A DNA stretch of 64,000 nt from Syncephalis fuscata S228 (lineage: Eukaryota; Fungi; Zoopagomycota), in NCBI GenBank assembly GCA_025786725.1, contig JAHLTZ010000034.1, positions 186,001 through 250,000 of the forward strand, given 5' to 3'. A program made the translations under genes and the position numbers. The notes under the pieces were generated by a model, which worked only from the letters and a program-made list of their open reading frames with translations, was not told the DNA's origin and did no database searches. The first letter of the stretch is position 1. The number at the start of each line of letters is the position of its first letter. Positions 1 to 10,756 of this stretch are shown here, piece by piece.

Positions 1-569
1 TGCTACGTGTCTATAAATATAAATTAAAACAATGAATTGGCCACACTGGTTATTATACTTGCCAATGCACGCCATTGATAATCTGGCCGTTTTTCCATAA
101 ATAGTGTTTTTGAAAGAATTATTATGCTTTATAACTGTTTTTTAGTAATAGCAGCACTTCATAAAGTTATTCCGGAGGTAAGTGGTGGTGCAATGAGGCG
201 AAAGTAATGGGTGTTGGTGTAGTAAAAAATGAATGAGAAATAAATTGACGAACAGACAGATAAATGTAATGCCGCAAGAGTAGGTGTTTAAAAGTAGATG
301 TAAAGTAGCACAACCAGGCTGTAATTTCAGGGAGTTTCTATGAGACATTAATCTTTTTAACAACTAAGATTTGAAGTCCGATATAGCTGGTGGCAAGTCT
401 GGGCATTTGCCAAGAAATCGCCTGAGGTATTTTTTATGCAACACAAACAGAAAATATACTGGTTTGTAAACTAGTGTACAAAAATAGAAAATACTGTTTT
501 ATTAAACAGCTAAGGCAACCAATCTTTATGTTTAAATGCTACAGCCTGCTAATGGCTAATCAGTTGAAA

Positions 570-1149
570 TTAGCGTTTTATAGGTGTTTACAATGTTTGT
601 TAAAGTTGATGAGTTTATATTGCCAAGACAGCTACTAGCGCGTTTTTAGTATAATCAGTGGCCTTGCGTAAAGATAAAATTAATTTGGATAAAGATTTAT
701 CCAAAAGTAAAGGTCCTTCATAACTACCAAGATCTGGCTGCAATATATCTTTGAACGTGTATCTTAATTTTTGATATTCCTTAAATAAGATGTGGATTTT
801 TATTAATAGATACGAGTACGGAATCTAGTGTAATAAAAAAATTCTTGTTTTAAAACCATTTTTAATTGTTGATAGTGTTTTTAGCTGAGGCTTCGATGCT
901 TGATTTTGCCAAGAAGCGACGAGAGAGGCGAGCACAGTTCAAACAAATGTGTTGCAATCTATCTTTTGATAAAACTTCACGTGTCTCTATAGGTGGTAGA
1001 GAAGTAAATTTTGCAATGGTGCAGAGTCCTAAATCTTGAACTAGCTCATTTGCTGCTATTGGACTTGCCATGGCGTTGAATAAAGGTAGTAATAATTGGA
1101 AAGTCAGATGACCAGTAAATAATTTAACTAAATAATAACTAATGATCAT
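570..1149 (-). pseudogene. Probable decayed secreted-protein gene
   Basis: ORF 862-1149 starts in a good context (ccaacATG) with a hydrophobic leader ending LLLPLFNAMA-SP. After stops and a frameshift, a coding-like frame resumes (HILFKEYQKLRYTFKDILQPDLGSYEGPLLLDKSLSKLILSLRKATDYTKNALVAVLAI*). No family recognised. Confidence 0.3.
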
Positions 1150-1888
1150 GTTGGGTTGATAGATGCCAAGTCAGCCAATGTTTCAAAAATAAATAACTAA
1201 GCATATTGTTTGAATAGCGGTTTAGAAATGCTAACAATGACTTGGGAGACAAGGATAACAAAGAAACAATCAAAATACCTAGAAAAGCTAAGAGCAGACT
1301 GTGTTTTATTGTCTAAAGCAACGTATGCGTATGTATTATCCGCAAACGTTTCAAATTTTATGCAGAAACTACAAATTTGTTTAAACTTTCTGATTGTCTT
1401 TGACTATTTGCCTTATCAGTAGCAATCCACCGCACAAGTGTAAGCAATTCTAGAAATCTTTTATAACAATATCATTTGGGTATATAAATAAGCTATACAA
1501 ATTGCTGAATATACTATATCGTGTTTAGTACACGATAGAATACTACATTCAATACTTATTGAGTCATCTGAATTGATTGGTCAAGTATTTGCTAATTCAG
1601 CTTTTAATATCAGCTTTAAAAACAAGATAAAAATAAATAAATAAATAATCATTAGGCGACTAATAAAGTAACAATATCTTGCCTAAGTGGTTATCAATTA
1701 TTAGGAACATTTAGACTATTCTTGTTTAATGTACTATTGGATAGCAAAACAATTATTCATTTTACTTGTACCTTTAAAAGACTAATATTAAACATTTGAT
1801 AATTATTTATTTGTATGATTATGTATGTTGTTTAGCTAAAAGACAATCGTGTTTTGTTGCTATTTTCAATAGTTTATAAGCCTTGCTA

Positions 1889-3067
1889 TTAGTATATGAT
1901 TGTTGAATAATCATCAATCTCTTTAAACAGTCTTTCAAAACCACCACTAGAACCAGCTGTATCTTCGGGAACCTTTCTCCAAGCAACGTTTTTTTCTACA
2001 TATTGATTCATCAATGTATTTAGATATAAATAATTAATCATGTTTTCCGGACTGCTGCTGAATTTCAATGTTTTTGGATCATAAACCTTGGTAAAATATT
2101 CATTGATGATCTTTCCAGAACCGTCGTCATTAAATGGTATTTTACCAATAAGTATGAAATATAAAGACACACCAATTGCCCATGCATCAAGCATACGAAC
2201 ATCGGAGTTTCCACTAGAGTACTCGGGTGCACGGTAGTTGAAGGCACCTCCCAACGGCATTTTCTTTGGGTCGGACAAAAAGTAGACAGAGTATTCAAGG
2301 TTGGCCAGAATTGCTCTTGGTTTACTCTTTGGATCAACATGATAAATCAAAATATCTGAAAAGTATTAATTAATACGACGTACACTAAAATCAATCGGCA
2401 ACTTACTGTCTAGATTTATATTTCCGTGCGTCATTTTGCGATTATGAAGAAACGACGTGGCTGTTTGACAAATATTAGTATATACTAGTTTATACAATTC
2501 AAATCACTAATTACTTACCAGTTACCACTTGTAAAAATATTTGCTTAATATATTCGGTTTTTTTTACTGCTTCAAGCTTATTCACATAGACACTTAAAGG
2601 AATTAATTTTTTTGCCGAAGCCAGAATGGTGCAGTACATGCCGTTGCCTACGTCAACACTATCATATCGCGGTAGGAACATTTGATTGAATACGCTCATG
2701 TGATGCTCGTTATTTCCAGCAATACTATATATATTCTGTCAAATAGGTTAGCTCTCATATGCAATGTTTTAATGACGACACTTACTTTGTATGCATTATT
2801 TTCATTTATGTAATCTGCCTTCTTGTCGGTACACTTGACGGATACGGGCCGTGTTTCTACTTTTTCATTAATTCTTACTGGTAACTCTTTTTCTAACCAA
2901 ACGATGCCGGTCGTTTTGGCAATATTTAGCGATTCCAAGTAGATTTTTTTTAAATCAGGCAAAAATCCTTCATTATTATTTCGTCTAATGACTGATCCAA
3001 ACGAGCCATTTATCAAGAGCGCAGTAGCGGATGCGGTAATAAATTGAATAGTAAGTAGTCGTACCAT
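1889..3067 (-). CDS. Secreted protein-kinase-like protein (predicted pseudokinase), 4 exons
   Basis: Exons 3067-2786, 2735-2519, 2460-2407, 2355-1889 are joined in frame by GT-AG introns with ctaac/ttaat branch sites. Signal peptide MVRLLTIQFITASATALLINGSFG. Kinase landmarks: VSVKC, HGNINLDNILI, ILANLEYS, YRAPE, DAWAIGVSLYFILIGKIPF. Confidence 0.85.
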
Positions 3068-4437
3068 TTTGATGAAGTAGAAGATGATTGTCGGAATATC
3101 GAGTTGGCAGTTGTACAAATTTTGCAGCTATTTATTGTTAAAGTATTTGGTGACAAGCTATAGACAGTTAACCTGTCACCTCTTACCAGTGCCCCCAATT
3201 ATGTAAATGTAGCTTGTACAGAAACGTGGTTCTACGCCATCGTATAGACTGCTATAATGCTAAATTAGTGTTTTTCAAACACAGTTCACTCGAGTTGCCA
3301 TATGCATGTGAAACTACCAGCATATAATGCAATTCTTCTTATAGAAGTGGAGTATTGCACTGGAAAAGACCGTGTAATTCTACTTAACAGCGTAAAGGAA
3401 ACAAAAAAGCATATTCGTGCATTTCACACTCTTAGAATATTGCCTAGTTTAGAAAAGTAATTTTATGCCGAGAAACTGATGTACATACAGTAGATGGTTG
3501 GTTTAATTATGTACAGTCGAGGCCTGTTAGTATGAATGATGGCTAGCAGCTGGCAGGTCGCTTCTTGGTACTGTTGCTGTTTCATAATGACACGTTTTGC
3601 AAGATAATAGCAAGTTATTTACTGCAAGCTAGTTGGCTACTGCTAGACCCTTGCGACATTTGGATGTGTGGGGTTGCTTCCCCATAGAAAAACAAGTTTT
3701 CCCCGCCTTTTGTTTCGCCATGCCATTCTATATTTTCAGTATATTCCTGAATGATCAGAGTAACTGCATGTGAGATACATTTATAGATGAGCATGTGCTA
3801 TTATTTTTATAAAACAACGCAATTAAACTACTTATGACTCTTCACTGCTATGTATTAATCCAAGCAATGTACTATCGCAATAGAAGCTTGTTATTGTATC
3901 AATAAACTGGTTTGTATGCTACTAATTACAGCAAAAAAGGTTTTGGTATACCACTGCTAGTTACTGCGTGCATTATTAACTTCATTGCCACATTTACCAT
4001 TACATTTAATACATTTTAAGAGAAAATAGCTAATAAAATATTGCTATACGCATTTTAGTGTTGTTACGAACACTAAAATACAACAATTAATCATGTGATC
4101 AAATTATTTATCTATTACTAAATATGGTAATGGTAATTTATTTGGCATTGAATCACGTGATTTAGTCAGGGACTACACTTGTGTAGCCTTTATTTAACAC
4201 GCGGTTAGTACCCCGGCTAACATATCAAGCAAACAAGTCAGGACCTTTACAAGGGACTTGCTAACTTTAATCAATAACTAGTACAAGATATGGATACTAA
4301 TTCACTTTAAGCAACATAATATCCATATACAACATTAAACGGAAGGAACGAACAAGTTCTTCCTTCACAAATATCTCTTAACTTCAGCTCATTTTAGTAT
4401 AAAAAGAGCATACATTTTATTATCTTAAATAAACATT

Positions 4438-4855
4438 ATCAGTTACTCCATTTTATTTTTCTTAGTTTTATTACAAGTGTTATCTAGCTTAAATTATATA
4501 AGCTAGTATAATCGTTAATTACTTAAGAAATTTTAGTAGCTTACTAACCACCAACGGACCAAGTAAGCAAAAGGATAACAGTGTATTTCGGTTTATCTAA
4601 TCTTTCCTATCATTTATTAGCGTATAAACGCTATCAATACTGTATAATCATATAAACAATGATTGATTTACAAACAAACAACTGATTACCACGTGCCAAC
4701 AAGCAGTGTCAAAGAATACATTTATTGAATGATTGGCGATAGCAATGCATGTTTTATCTTTTAAAATTATGACTGATTAATTTATTTATAGCTTCGTGCC
4801 ACCGTTCTTCTCCGAGCCGATTTGCATATGCCAAATATCAATATTACTAATAATT
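4438..4855 (+). pseudogene. Possible decayed secreted-protein gene
   Basis: TATAAAA at ~4398, then an ATC-initiated hydrophobic leader (SYSILFFLVLLQVLSSLNYIS*), a gtaagc...ttattag intron at ~4563-4620, and further intron-like signals. Frames are broken. Confidence 0.2.
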
Positions 4856-5402
4856 GCAAGTGCTTTGATCCAAATCATGTACTAACATTTTACATTTATT
4901 TATTTATCCTACTCAAACTATTGCTATAAACATTGTAATAGACGTAAGCTAGAAATGATTTTTTATAAATAAAAGCATACCCGGCTAATTATTATAAAGT
5001 TTATTGTAAGTAATCAACATTTACATTTATTACTTTTAAATTGTAAGAATAATCATACCAATGTACTGATTAAAATAAACCCAATTAGTAATATCAATCG
5101 CTGAAAATGTTAGCGAGTTCAATTTAAATGATCAATATGTGTTTTTATGTTATAAAACAGCTTAACGAATATATTTATGATTATCTATTCAATCTTAAAT
5201 TAGTTATCTGTTTAAATCGATGGCCAAGGCAGGATGCATAAAAGTTACAATGCTTTCTTTTAACGAAGACAGTGTTACACTCACCGTGTAATCACTTGGT
5301 TTAATGCGGAAATGCCACCACGTGTTGGCCTTAACGCAATATCAAATTCATTCTGTTCGCCGTTTTTTATTGCTGTTGTTTTGGTACTAGTACCAGTTTA
5401 TT

Positions 5403-7280
5403 ATGAAAAAGCAAGCCGTGTCAAAATTACGGTCAACTTCTGAGAATAGTGAATACAGAGGATTGGGTCGATTGTTCCGTCGACAAAAATCGGCTACTGA
5501 TATAGCCACAAAAGCTGGCCATAAGGCCTCTAAATTTATAAAGCTACCCGTTGAGCTGCTATTACAAGTGGCCAAGTATGCGGACCAAGAAAGCTTACTG
5601 CGACTTATTCTCACATGTCGCCTAGTCTACTGGCAATTGACGAACATCTACGACTGGAAACAGCGCTATGCTATCGACTATCCCATCAGCAACCGACGAG
5701 AACTAACTTGGCTGCGCCAACATGCCCGTCGTTTAATGACACCTGGCTCGTCGAAACAGCCGTTAAAGACATCTGCCGAATGGTTTTCCGCCTATTGTAG
5801 ACGACGTACGACAGAAGAAAACATGCTTCATAACCGATGTGTTGAATATTCCTTCTCGCTACCCACTGCTTTGTCGGTAGGGGGGAAAGGACTTCGCAGT
5901 GTGGGGAAAAGTAGCTACAGTGTGAGGAAAGGTAACGACAGTGTGTGGACAGTAATGGCGGCCGATGCACGGCGTACGGTCTTTTACCAGCGTATCAGTC
6001 ATCGAATATTTGTTGTACGTGCCGATATTCCCAATAGCGATCATTCAGATGCACAATCACAATCACTAATGGCGAAACGGCGGTGTTGGGAATTAAAATG
6101 GCCCATCGAGCCACAGCTCGTCAATATCATGGCAATGGATGACACTTTTCTTGTAGCAGAGTGTCGGTCACGTTATAAAAAAACATCATTTCTATGCATT
6201 TGGTCCCACCGAGGCTCGTTTGTGGTGTCTAATCCCAATACATCAATAAATCTTGTTGTAGTACACGGCTGCTGGCTGCTGGCACAGTTGCCTGATATGA
6301 ACGGCTCAATTTATGGATGGAGTCGCTTTCAAGTGTATAATCTTATTACAAGACGATGGTGTTCCGGGGCGATTGTTCTACGTCAATATCAACGACCATG
6401 TCTTCTTGACATTGATGAGCAAACGGCGTACGTACACGTTTGCTTTACGCGAGGCAGCGACACAGCCGTGCAATGGCAACTATGGGAATTCAGCGTATAT
6501 CATCCAGCTCGCTGTATTAACACAGGTGAATTTCCTCGGCCTTTACTTGAAATGCAAACTTTGGAAACCGACAGTTATAGTGACAGCGAAGAATTGCGCA
6601 GGCCCGAGTCAATCACAGAGGGTATACGCTACTGCTATAGTGAATCATATGATACAAACTCTATTATCTACGACATTGCAATATATGCAGTTAAGTCGTA
6701 TCACATTATAGCGCTACAGCATATTAGCCGAGTGCCTCGGGACAACAAAGAATCTGTTCGCTGGCAATTATGCGTGCCTGGCCATGTTGATCTTGTGGGA
6801 ACACTTAAATCATCCAAATTATTACTACTCCATTGTCGTGAACATTTCAAATTGTTATCGATGCAGGATGGATCGCTTGTTTATTCTTATGCACTTAGTC
6901 ATGCAAATTACACTGCTCCTGTACTTGGCAATGCCTGCGCGCTATTTTATCAATCTGGCAATCCTCACCAGCTGTACAATGCCATGACTAGCAAGAAATG
7001 CCTACCGTGGACAACAGAAGATGGTGGCCAAATTGCATTGTATGGATGGCGACAACTGTCGGTAACACATCTTGTTGCCAAACGAGGAATTCAACCAGTA
7101 ATTCTTGATTACTTGCCTATAGATAAACAAGGGCACTGCCTATCAACTAATTTATATCCGTACGCGCACAAACAATCCAATGATATTGCAAATCTATTAC
7201 CGCTTCGCGTCAAGGATTACATTACAACATTTACCGCATGGAAAAATAGTGCAATTACAGATAATAAAAACAGAAAGTAA
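5403..7280 (+). CDS. F-box protein with uncharacterised beta-rich C-terminal region (625 aa, intronless)
   Basis: Long ORF with F-box motif FIKLPVELLLQVAKYADQESLLRLILTCRLVYWQL near the N-terminus, followed by W..AYCRRRTTEENMLHNR. Confidence 0.8.
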   Translation: MKKQAVSKLRSTSENSEYRGLGRLFRRQKSATDIATKAGHKASKFIKLPVELLLQVAKYADQESLLRLILTCRLVYWQLTNIYDWKQRYAIDYPISNRRELTWLRQHARRLMTPGSSKQPLKTSAEWFSAYCRRRTTEENMLHNRCVEYSFSLPTALSVGGKGLRSVGKSSYSVRKGNDSVWTVMAADARRTVFYQRISHRIFVVRADIPNSDHSDAQSQSLMAKRRCWELKWPIEPQLVNIMAMDDTFLVAECRSRYKKTSFLCIWSHRGSFVVSNPNTSINLVVVHGCWLLAQLPDMNGSIYGWSRFQVYNLITRRWCSGAIVLRQYQRPCLLDIDEQTAYVHVCFTRGSDTAVQWQLWEFSVYHPARCINTGEFPRPLLEMQTLETDSYSDSEELRRPESITEGIRYCYSESYDTNSIIYDIAIYAVKSYHIIALQHISRVPRDNKESVRWQLCVPGHVDLVGTLKSSKLLLLHCREHFKLLSMQDGSLVYSYALSHANYTAPVLGNACALFYQSGNPHQLYNAMTSKKCLPWTTEDGGQIALYGWRQLSVTHLVAKRGIQPVILDYLPIDKQGHCLSTNLYPYAHKQSNDIANLLPLRVKDYITTFTAWKNSAITDNKNRK

Positions 7281-7885
7281 GCATATTTTGTATGGTTGTG
7301 CTTTTGGCATCTCATTACTTTTGTTAATTACATAATATTCATGTAACATCTACTATAAATAATAATAATTCTGGATTTCTATCAAACCACGCTTGCGTTA
7401 TTTTTAATTTAAACTAAATAGCTTTAAATATAAACTTATTAGTATATAAAAATATAATTTATAGTCTTTGCTTTATTATTTAAAGTCTATGGCAATACAT
7501 TATTTCAGTATAAATGCTTAGGACTTAATGTGATATACGTACCAAGGCGCCTTTACAAAGTCAATGACTACATGCATAATGCGTGTGATTCACCGTTGAA
7601 TTATGTCATAGCTTTGCAGTACGAAAATACGAGTCAATCGTAATCTAGACTTGCCCCAAAACTATGCTGTGTTTAAGATACATCAATCATTATTACGCCA
7701 CATAAATACACGCCTTTGGAATTTGCAGTTTTGCACGTTCAAGCAAATGGCACTATGCTTTAAATACTGCGTAATAAACACACGTTAGATCAAAATATGT
7801 ATTCATTTTGTTAAATTGGCTGTCTTTTTATCTTGCTTGACTACTTTACTTCCTTTACATGTTTGATTAAACCTCTACTATCAAC

Positions 7886-10215
7886 ATAAAACATTCTACT
7901 TTGATTGTCTATATTTCCTGCATGGTAATAAGTATTGCCATGATTTCGGTGGAAGCAGGCTCAACTCCACAGCCTCAAAGTATGGGAAACCATCTTACAT
8001 TGTACAGAAATTAAAACTGCGTTATTATAACAAAATTACGATTAGCCGACTGGAGTAAGTTTCAAAATTAAATGCCTACTATTCACAACGTATTTAATAA
8101 ATTCGCAATAATACCTTTAGGTACATTACTTTTAATAAAACAAATTATACTAAATAAGCCTGATGCTGATTTATTACATCTAAACATAATTTTGATAAAC
8201 TACATTTATAGGTTTTGGTATGTCGAGAAGCATGCACCACACAACTCGGCTAACTTCTGTTTTTTAATAGGTGGTAATTAGCATACTTTAAAAACTGCAC
8301 TTGGCCTAATTCATATCTTTTTACCATTGTTATTCAACTACACCAATTGACTCCACTAATATTACTAAATAGTAAGTTTTACACTAGATATTTATATAAA
8401 TGTAATGTTACTTGGAATGCTAACCAACAACGGTTTTAGTTCATAATTGGTCTATTTATTAAATGGCAAGCTATTTTAATATACAAATAATTATAAATAA
8501 ATATGTTGGGAAATTAACTGCAATATTTTTTGATATTGGCGTTGACAAACCAGCATTTATAGGCTTATATAAGCCATATATTATGCTTAACTTTATTACA
8601 ATATCTATGTTAAATATTAAATCTGCTGTTTTCTACTTACTGATTCTAATGAATCAATTTATAGGAAGTATGTCGTAGCTGAGTTTTACTGTCCGTTCAA
8701 ACTGACCTGTGGCTAATTTTGTATTAATCAACATTTATAGGAGGTAGGTTGCACATCAACATACACAGTTGATTCGTCAGTTTTAACATGCTAATTATGC
8801 GCTTTTTAACCTTATGCCTTAGCTCCAAGTGAGCTGGTTATTCAAATAATAAGATATAAGCTGATCCAAACGTTGATTATCAATAATGGTAGATGGAAGT
8901 AAGTTGCGGTCTAAAACTATGACATGAAAAAAAGCTGCCATTGACCATGCATTATTGTCTATGCATCATGTATAATGAACTGGTATTGTAGAACGTAATA
9001 AATTAATTTGTATTTTGTTTTAAAAAGCTAATCGTTATTTAATGGTTCATATGTTATCAATAGCACCATTTATGTTAAGTTTTGAATTACTGTGGATAAC
9101 CTTTTTAGACATAATACTAATCTTATATTGCTGCCACTCTTGCGCTGTTCTGTTTATAAATAACATAGCAAATGTCAAGTTGTAGATCTAAACGTGCATT
9201 GCTAAATTTATTGTGTAATAATATTAATGTTTAACTCAAACTAAATCAAATAGATAGTAAGCTAAATATAAATATTCATTGCAATTTTTTAAACTAATAC
9301 TAACTGTGCTTATCTGATACTACTTCTTACTATATTGTATGACAACAAATGGTGAGTTGCCAATTTTTATTATTGTGCTTAAATTACACTAGTTTGCCAT
9401 TATTGATTTTAATACTGATTTAATAACAATATGTTATTAGGTCTAGGTGGGCTGTGTAATCAAATAATAGCTGCATGGTGGTTATTATCAAGTTATAACT
9501 AATCGGCATTTTTGGCATTTTATTGCCATACTCAATAATAGGAAGTAAGTTTTAGACTACAATATATTTAATTGTAACTGGTAGCAACCAATCAATCAAT
9601 TGTTTACGCAAATAATATTAACATTAACAGGAGGTAGGCTGCAAATAACCTACTCGTGTATATAATGATTTTATTAAACAATGTAAACCACTTGTTGTCA
9701 AATAAACGACACGTTCAACATTTGGTTATTAATAGCTCCAGGCAAAGCACAAATGTGCGTATTAACATATTAGCAATCGTATTTATACTATACCTTAACG
9801 CAATGTTAACAGGCGGAAGTAAGTTATATATATATATGAACTGATTTAGCACAATTATTTGTTAACTTTTAGCTACTTTCTTAACTTAATACATCAACTT
9901 TAATAGCAAGACGTAAGGCAATTATTGAATTATTGTATTCTAAACAATCAATTTTAAAATTAATCATTTTACGTTGATTGTTGCTATCTCAATGATTAAT
10001 TAACGAAATAATCAAAACAGGCTAGTGTAAGTTTTAGAATCCAATAGTCATTTATTGCCCTGTATGAATTATACTGTTTGTGCAATTTTTGTTAAAACTA
10101 TACCTGATACATCAATGCTGACCAAATGTAAGTTGTGAATTTTTAATACGATATTTAAGCAAGAATATATTTCAATCCAACGCGATCTTTACTGTGTTTA
10201 GGATTTTCGCCATAA
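7886..10215 (+). CDS. Micro-exon gene for a small secreted Gly/Pro/Arg-rich peptide (about 26 exons; partly degenerate)
   Basis: Signal-peptide exon 7886-7979, then 3-10 nt exons framed by yAG and GT(R)AG(T)-like sites every ~55-115 nt, e.g. ag|GTG|gtaatt 8271, ag|GAA|gtatgt 8665, ag|GAG|gtaggt 8741, ag|CTCCAA|gtgagc 8823, ag|ATGGAA|gtaagt 8893, ag|GAA|gtaagt 9542, ag|GCGGAA|gtaagt 9813. Exon order is internally duplicated. Confidence 0.75.
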
Positions 10216-10756
10216 AGAAGTGAAGAGAACCAATATTGATACAAGTTTGTTCCACTGTCACAAAACATTCAGCAATGGTTCCATCAATAGTCGGATTCAC
10301 TAATGTATTCGTGTGCAAACTTCATGTTTCAATTTTTAGTATGCTTTACTCGAGATTCAGCCTACAGTGATATTTAGCAAGTTGTTCAGCATCTGATCCT
10401 GCTTATTAATCAGCAAGCATGGTATCAAATAAACACGCTTTATTATTGTAATCATTTTTGTCTTATTGTTTTTGACTTTTGTCGGCTCCAAAGCATCTGT
10501 TTTTTTATCTTAGTAAAATGTTTTAGCATTTGCTATAAATCTAAATTATTTGATAGCTAATCTTTCAACTACTTTCCAGAGAATTTCTTTTAAAGTTTAC
10601 ATAAAATGCTTTAATTATAAACAGAGTAACAATGTAAAACACTGACTGCAAACTAATTGCTTTGAAACTTAGCATGTAAACTAGCAAAGATTAACATCGC
10701 ACTGATAAATGGGAACAAATAAAAATAAATTAATAGTATGTTGAAAATGTAGCGTA

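Noticed and set aside
8072-9844. Short ORFs 8072-8281, 8463-8678 and 9656-9844
   Set aside because: AT-rich intron read-through with I/N/L-biased composition; the micro-exon model explains the region better.
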